A stretch of 64,000 nt of DNA from Gemmatales bacterium. GTDB lineage: Bacteria; Planctomycetota; Planctomycetia; Gemmatales; HRBIN36. The stretch spans positions 736,001-800,000 of the forward strand of contig JBEPZY010000001.1 of NCBI GenBank assembly GCA_041640595.1, written 5' to 3'. This document shows, piece after piece, positions 61,442 through 64,000 of this stretch. Under the pieces are notes generated by a model. The model did no database searches and was not told the DNA's origin. It saw only the letters and a list, made by a program, of their open reading frames with translations. Each line of letters starts with the position of its first letter. Position 1 is the stretch's first letter. A program made the translations under genes and the position numbers.

Positions 61442-62527
61442 TCACTGAACATAAAATTGGGCCGGTGGAGGCAGGGGAGCCTTCTCGACCCGATAGGCAT
61501 GGATCACGGCCTTCCAGGAGCCATCCGGCAAATTGACGAAATCCAGCCGCCCCTGAACGCGAATCCAATCCCCAGGTTGAATGCCACTGACCGGTCGCCG
61601 GGAAACTGCAAAGACCGAAAGCGGCCGGGAATCGTTGACGCAGCAGGCCATGCGCAGGCGTACCACTGCGAACTGGTTTGGCCGTTTGGGCACCGGCTGG
61701 TAAAGCCCCTCGACTTCAACGCGACGGAATTGTTTCCAGTGTTCCCGTTGGGCTGGCACGTAGGCAACCTGCTCCAACTGGACAACGTCAGTTCGACGAA
61801 TCGCTGATTCCGGCACTTCGGTGCTTTCTTCCAGATAATCGAGTGCTTTTTCCAGGCTGGCTGGCTGATCGGCCGCACGGTACTGGCACATCGCAGCCGC
61901 CACGCTCCGCGCTAACGGGTCGTGGCTCAGACTCCACAAGCCGAATGCCAGTAAACTATCTCCAGGAGTGGCCAGCCCACCGCTGATGGCTTCCGTAGCG
62001 ACCCGGCTTTTGCTCCGCTCGAAAGCCCGAAGCATTTCACCCCAATCCAGCGGCAGAAGCACAAGCAACACTGGCGCCAGAAGCACAAAGAACCGCCACG
62101 GCGACCAATCCTGTTCGTGTTCGTGACCGTGGGCATGGCTGGATACCGGCGGCGATTCGGTTTCCCCTTCCCGCAAAGCTGCCAGTTCCGAAACAGGCAC
62201 ACAGCAGCATTCTTCGTGCTCGTCGTGGTCGTGGTGATGATGTTCGCCCACACCCACCAGATGCAGGCCACCGTGCTGGCGTAACTGCCGTGTGGACCAG
62301 ATCACCCAGCTGGCGCGAAGCACAACTAACCCGGCCAGCGCGATCCCGGCGTACAAAATCATCTGCTGAATCCAGGGCACCACGGTGCTGATAGGTGTAC
62401 GTTCCCCGCTGGCCGCTCGCCAGTAATCAAACACCATTGTCCCCGCATAAATCAAGCCGACGCCCAGCATCCAAAGCTGTTCCACCAGATAGCGTTTGTT
62501 CTGCATACCCATGTCCTCACGCGGCAT
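61442..62527 (-). CDS. YcgQ/TIGR03943 (DUF1980)-like membrane protein with His/Cys-rich loop
   Basis: HHHHDHDEHEECCC and HAHGHEHE tracts; C-terminal VRLRMACCVND and GDWIRVQG. Confidence 0.72.
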   Translation of the reverse strand: MPREDMGMQNKRYLVEQLWMLGVGLIYAGTMVFDYWRAASGERTPISTVVPWIQQMILYAGIALAGLVVLRASWVIWSTRQLRQHGGLHLVGVGEHHHHDHDEHEECCCVPVSELAALREGETESPPVSSHAHGHEHEQDWSPWRFFVLLAPVLLVLLPLDWGEMLRAFERSKSRVATEAISGGLATPGDSLLAFGLWSLSHDPLARSVAAAMCQYRAADQPASLEKALDYLEESTEVPESAIRRTDVVQLEQVAYVPAQREHWKQFRRVEVEGLYQPVPKRPNQFAVVRLRMACCVNDSRPLSVFAVSRRPVSGIQPGDWIRVQGRLDFVNLPDGSWKAVIHAYRVEKAPLPPPAQFYVQ

Positions 62528-62649
62528 GTAAATTATGAGCTCCTCGCCATTCTAATCGCACGGACGAAAGCTCGCAAACCGCGAGGTAAATTCGTCTCCA
62601 CCCACGTGCTGATTCGTTTATGTTGGCGCCCCGACTGCCAGAATGTACG

Positions 62650-63786
62650 CTACGTTCCCCCAGCGCTTCCCGCACTGGTAAAAGATGACACCAGATTTCG
62701 CACCATCGGGTCCAGATAATGCGTAGCCAGGGTCAGCAAACCGACGGTAAGCACGACGCTCCCGATGATCGTCCAGATTAGCCGCGGTCGAAAGACGCGA
62801 GTGTACATCAGGTACAGCTTCAAATCCAGCATAGGGCCCAGCACCAGGAAAGCGAGTTTTCCACCCAAAGGAATGGCGATCAGGTTGGCAGCAACAAATG
62901 CGTCCGCCTCGCTGCACAGGCAAAGAAGCACGGCCAGAAGCATCATCGCCGGCACAGCCAGGGCAGGGGAGTTCTTCAGCATCGGCGCGTAACTGAGTAA
63001 ATCGGCGCTCTGCACAATGGCCGCCAGCGTTGCACCCAGAATCAGGAAGCAGGTGATCTCCAGGAAATCGTGGATGGCGATCTCGGCGATGTTGACCAGT
63101 CGGAACCAGATGCGCCAGGTCAGTGTAGTCCGCGGCATGGTGCCATGTTCATGAGGATGGGAGTGGCTATGGTGCTCGCCAAGCTCTTTTGCCGCAGTGT
63201 GAGCGCTCGGGGATTCGATAACTTCCAGACCGATGGTACCGGGTGGATCGTGTGCTGGATTGTTGCCATATTCCCGACTGTTTCGGTTCATGTTGACGCC
63301 GCGGATTGGTAATAGCAGGGCATCCAGCCCATAACGGCGGTCAGCCCAGTGAACCACGTGCGCTACAGTGAAGGCAGTTAGAAAAGCCAAACCCACGCGC
63401 AGGCTCACCATTTGCAGCGAGGTCAAGCCGTCCAGACCGCTGCGATCACCGGAAAAGGCCGCCCAGGTGCTGGCCATCACTACCGGATTGATTACCGGAG
63501 CAGCCAGCATGTAAGCAATCGCACAGCTGAGCGGGAGTCCCTTACGCAACAGCCGACGCATGACCGGCACGATCCCGCATTCGCACATCGGGAAAATCAG
63601 ACCAAGCAAAGCGCTCACCGCCACCGCCACAGTTCGACGCCGGGGCAGCAACCTTGTAATGGTCCCCTGCGGCAAAAGTTCCTCCAAAGCACCGGAAATT
63701 ACCGCTCCCAATGCGATAAAAGGCAATGCTTCGAAAAAAATGCTGATGAAAATGACAAGAAATCGCTCCACCGCGTTTTCGGTCAT
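62650..63786 (-). CDS. DUF318/ArsP_1 (YcgR-like) permease
   Basis: EALPF, FPMCECG.VP, AAPVINP, LCSEADAF, GPMLDLK; His-rich central loop. Confidence 0.88.
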   Translation of the reverse strand: MTENAVERFLVIFISIFFEALPFIALGAVISGALEELLPQGTITRLLPRRRTVAVAVSALLGLIFPMCECGIVPVMRRLLRKGLPLSCAIAYMLAAPVINPVVMASTWAAFSGDRSGLDGLTSLQMVSLRVGLAFLTAFTVAHVVHWADRRYGLDALLLPIRGVNMNRNSREYGNNPAHDPPGTIGLEVIESPSAHTAAKELGEHHSHSHPHEHGTMPRTTLTWRIWFRLVNIAEIAIHDFLEITCFLILGATLAAIVQSADLLSYAPMLKNSPALAVPAMMLLAVLLCLCSEADAFVAANLIAIPLGGKLAFLVLGPMLDLKLYLMYTRVFRPRLIWTIIGSVVLTVGLLTLATHYLDPMVRNLVSSFTSAGSAGGT

Positions 63787-64000
63787 TGCAAGTCAAGCTC
63801 CCGGCTTGTCGGATAGGTCGTTTGCGATGGTTGGTCGCATCGCAATTCGACAGCCCTGCGCCTCTGGATAGTCTCCACCTGCACCAGGCCGCGGAGAGAC
63901 GCCCCTTTCAAAAAGCGATAGCAAGCAGCGGCTAGTGAGTCAGTGGCACAACCGGACGCGGTCCCCGGAGCCATTTTCCTATCAGCATGGACGTAAAAAA

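Noticed and set aside
1..64000. Additional UGA-recoded genes, Sec machinery, tRNAs or transposases
   Set aside because: The other TGA-terminated genes appear to end at plausible C-termini. No selA/B/C/D, tRNA cloverleaf or transposase motif was recognised by eye.

Overview
This is a gene-dense, GC-rich window, most likely from a Planctomycetota (Gemmatales-like) chromosome. That placement is inferred from a DUF1559 prepilin-type protein, an LEPR-XLL-like export motif and a TIGR03066-like protein. It carries housekeeping genes (argB-argD-argF, lhr, bioA, purN, gdhA, pepA, mqnP-like), a tungsten-type aldehyde:ferredoxin oxidoreductase, several proteases and a giant secretin. It also has a c-type heme HzsA-like protein and a YcgR/YcgQ-type metal-handling operon. 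The standout observation is an alpha-2-macroglobulin gene (34964..29376, minus strand) that the ORF track splits in two. A single in-frame TGA (30825-30827) sits exactly at the cysteine of the thioester motif (G-TGA-F-E-Q instead of G-C-x-E-Q) and is followed by a 14-bp stem-loop. This suggests a UGA-recoded, possibly selenocysteine-containing ('selenoester') macroglobulin, though a nonsense mutation or sequencing error cannot be excluded from one sequence. Between this gene and the convergent secretin lies a 1-kb ordered array of 12 REP-like hairpins with compensatory stem changes. No rRNA, tRNA, transposase or CRISPR-Cas locus was recognised. All family assignments come from motif recognition by eye, not database searches.
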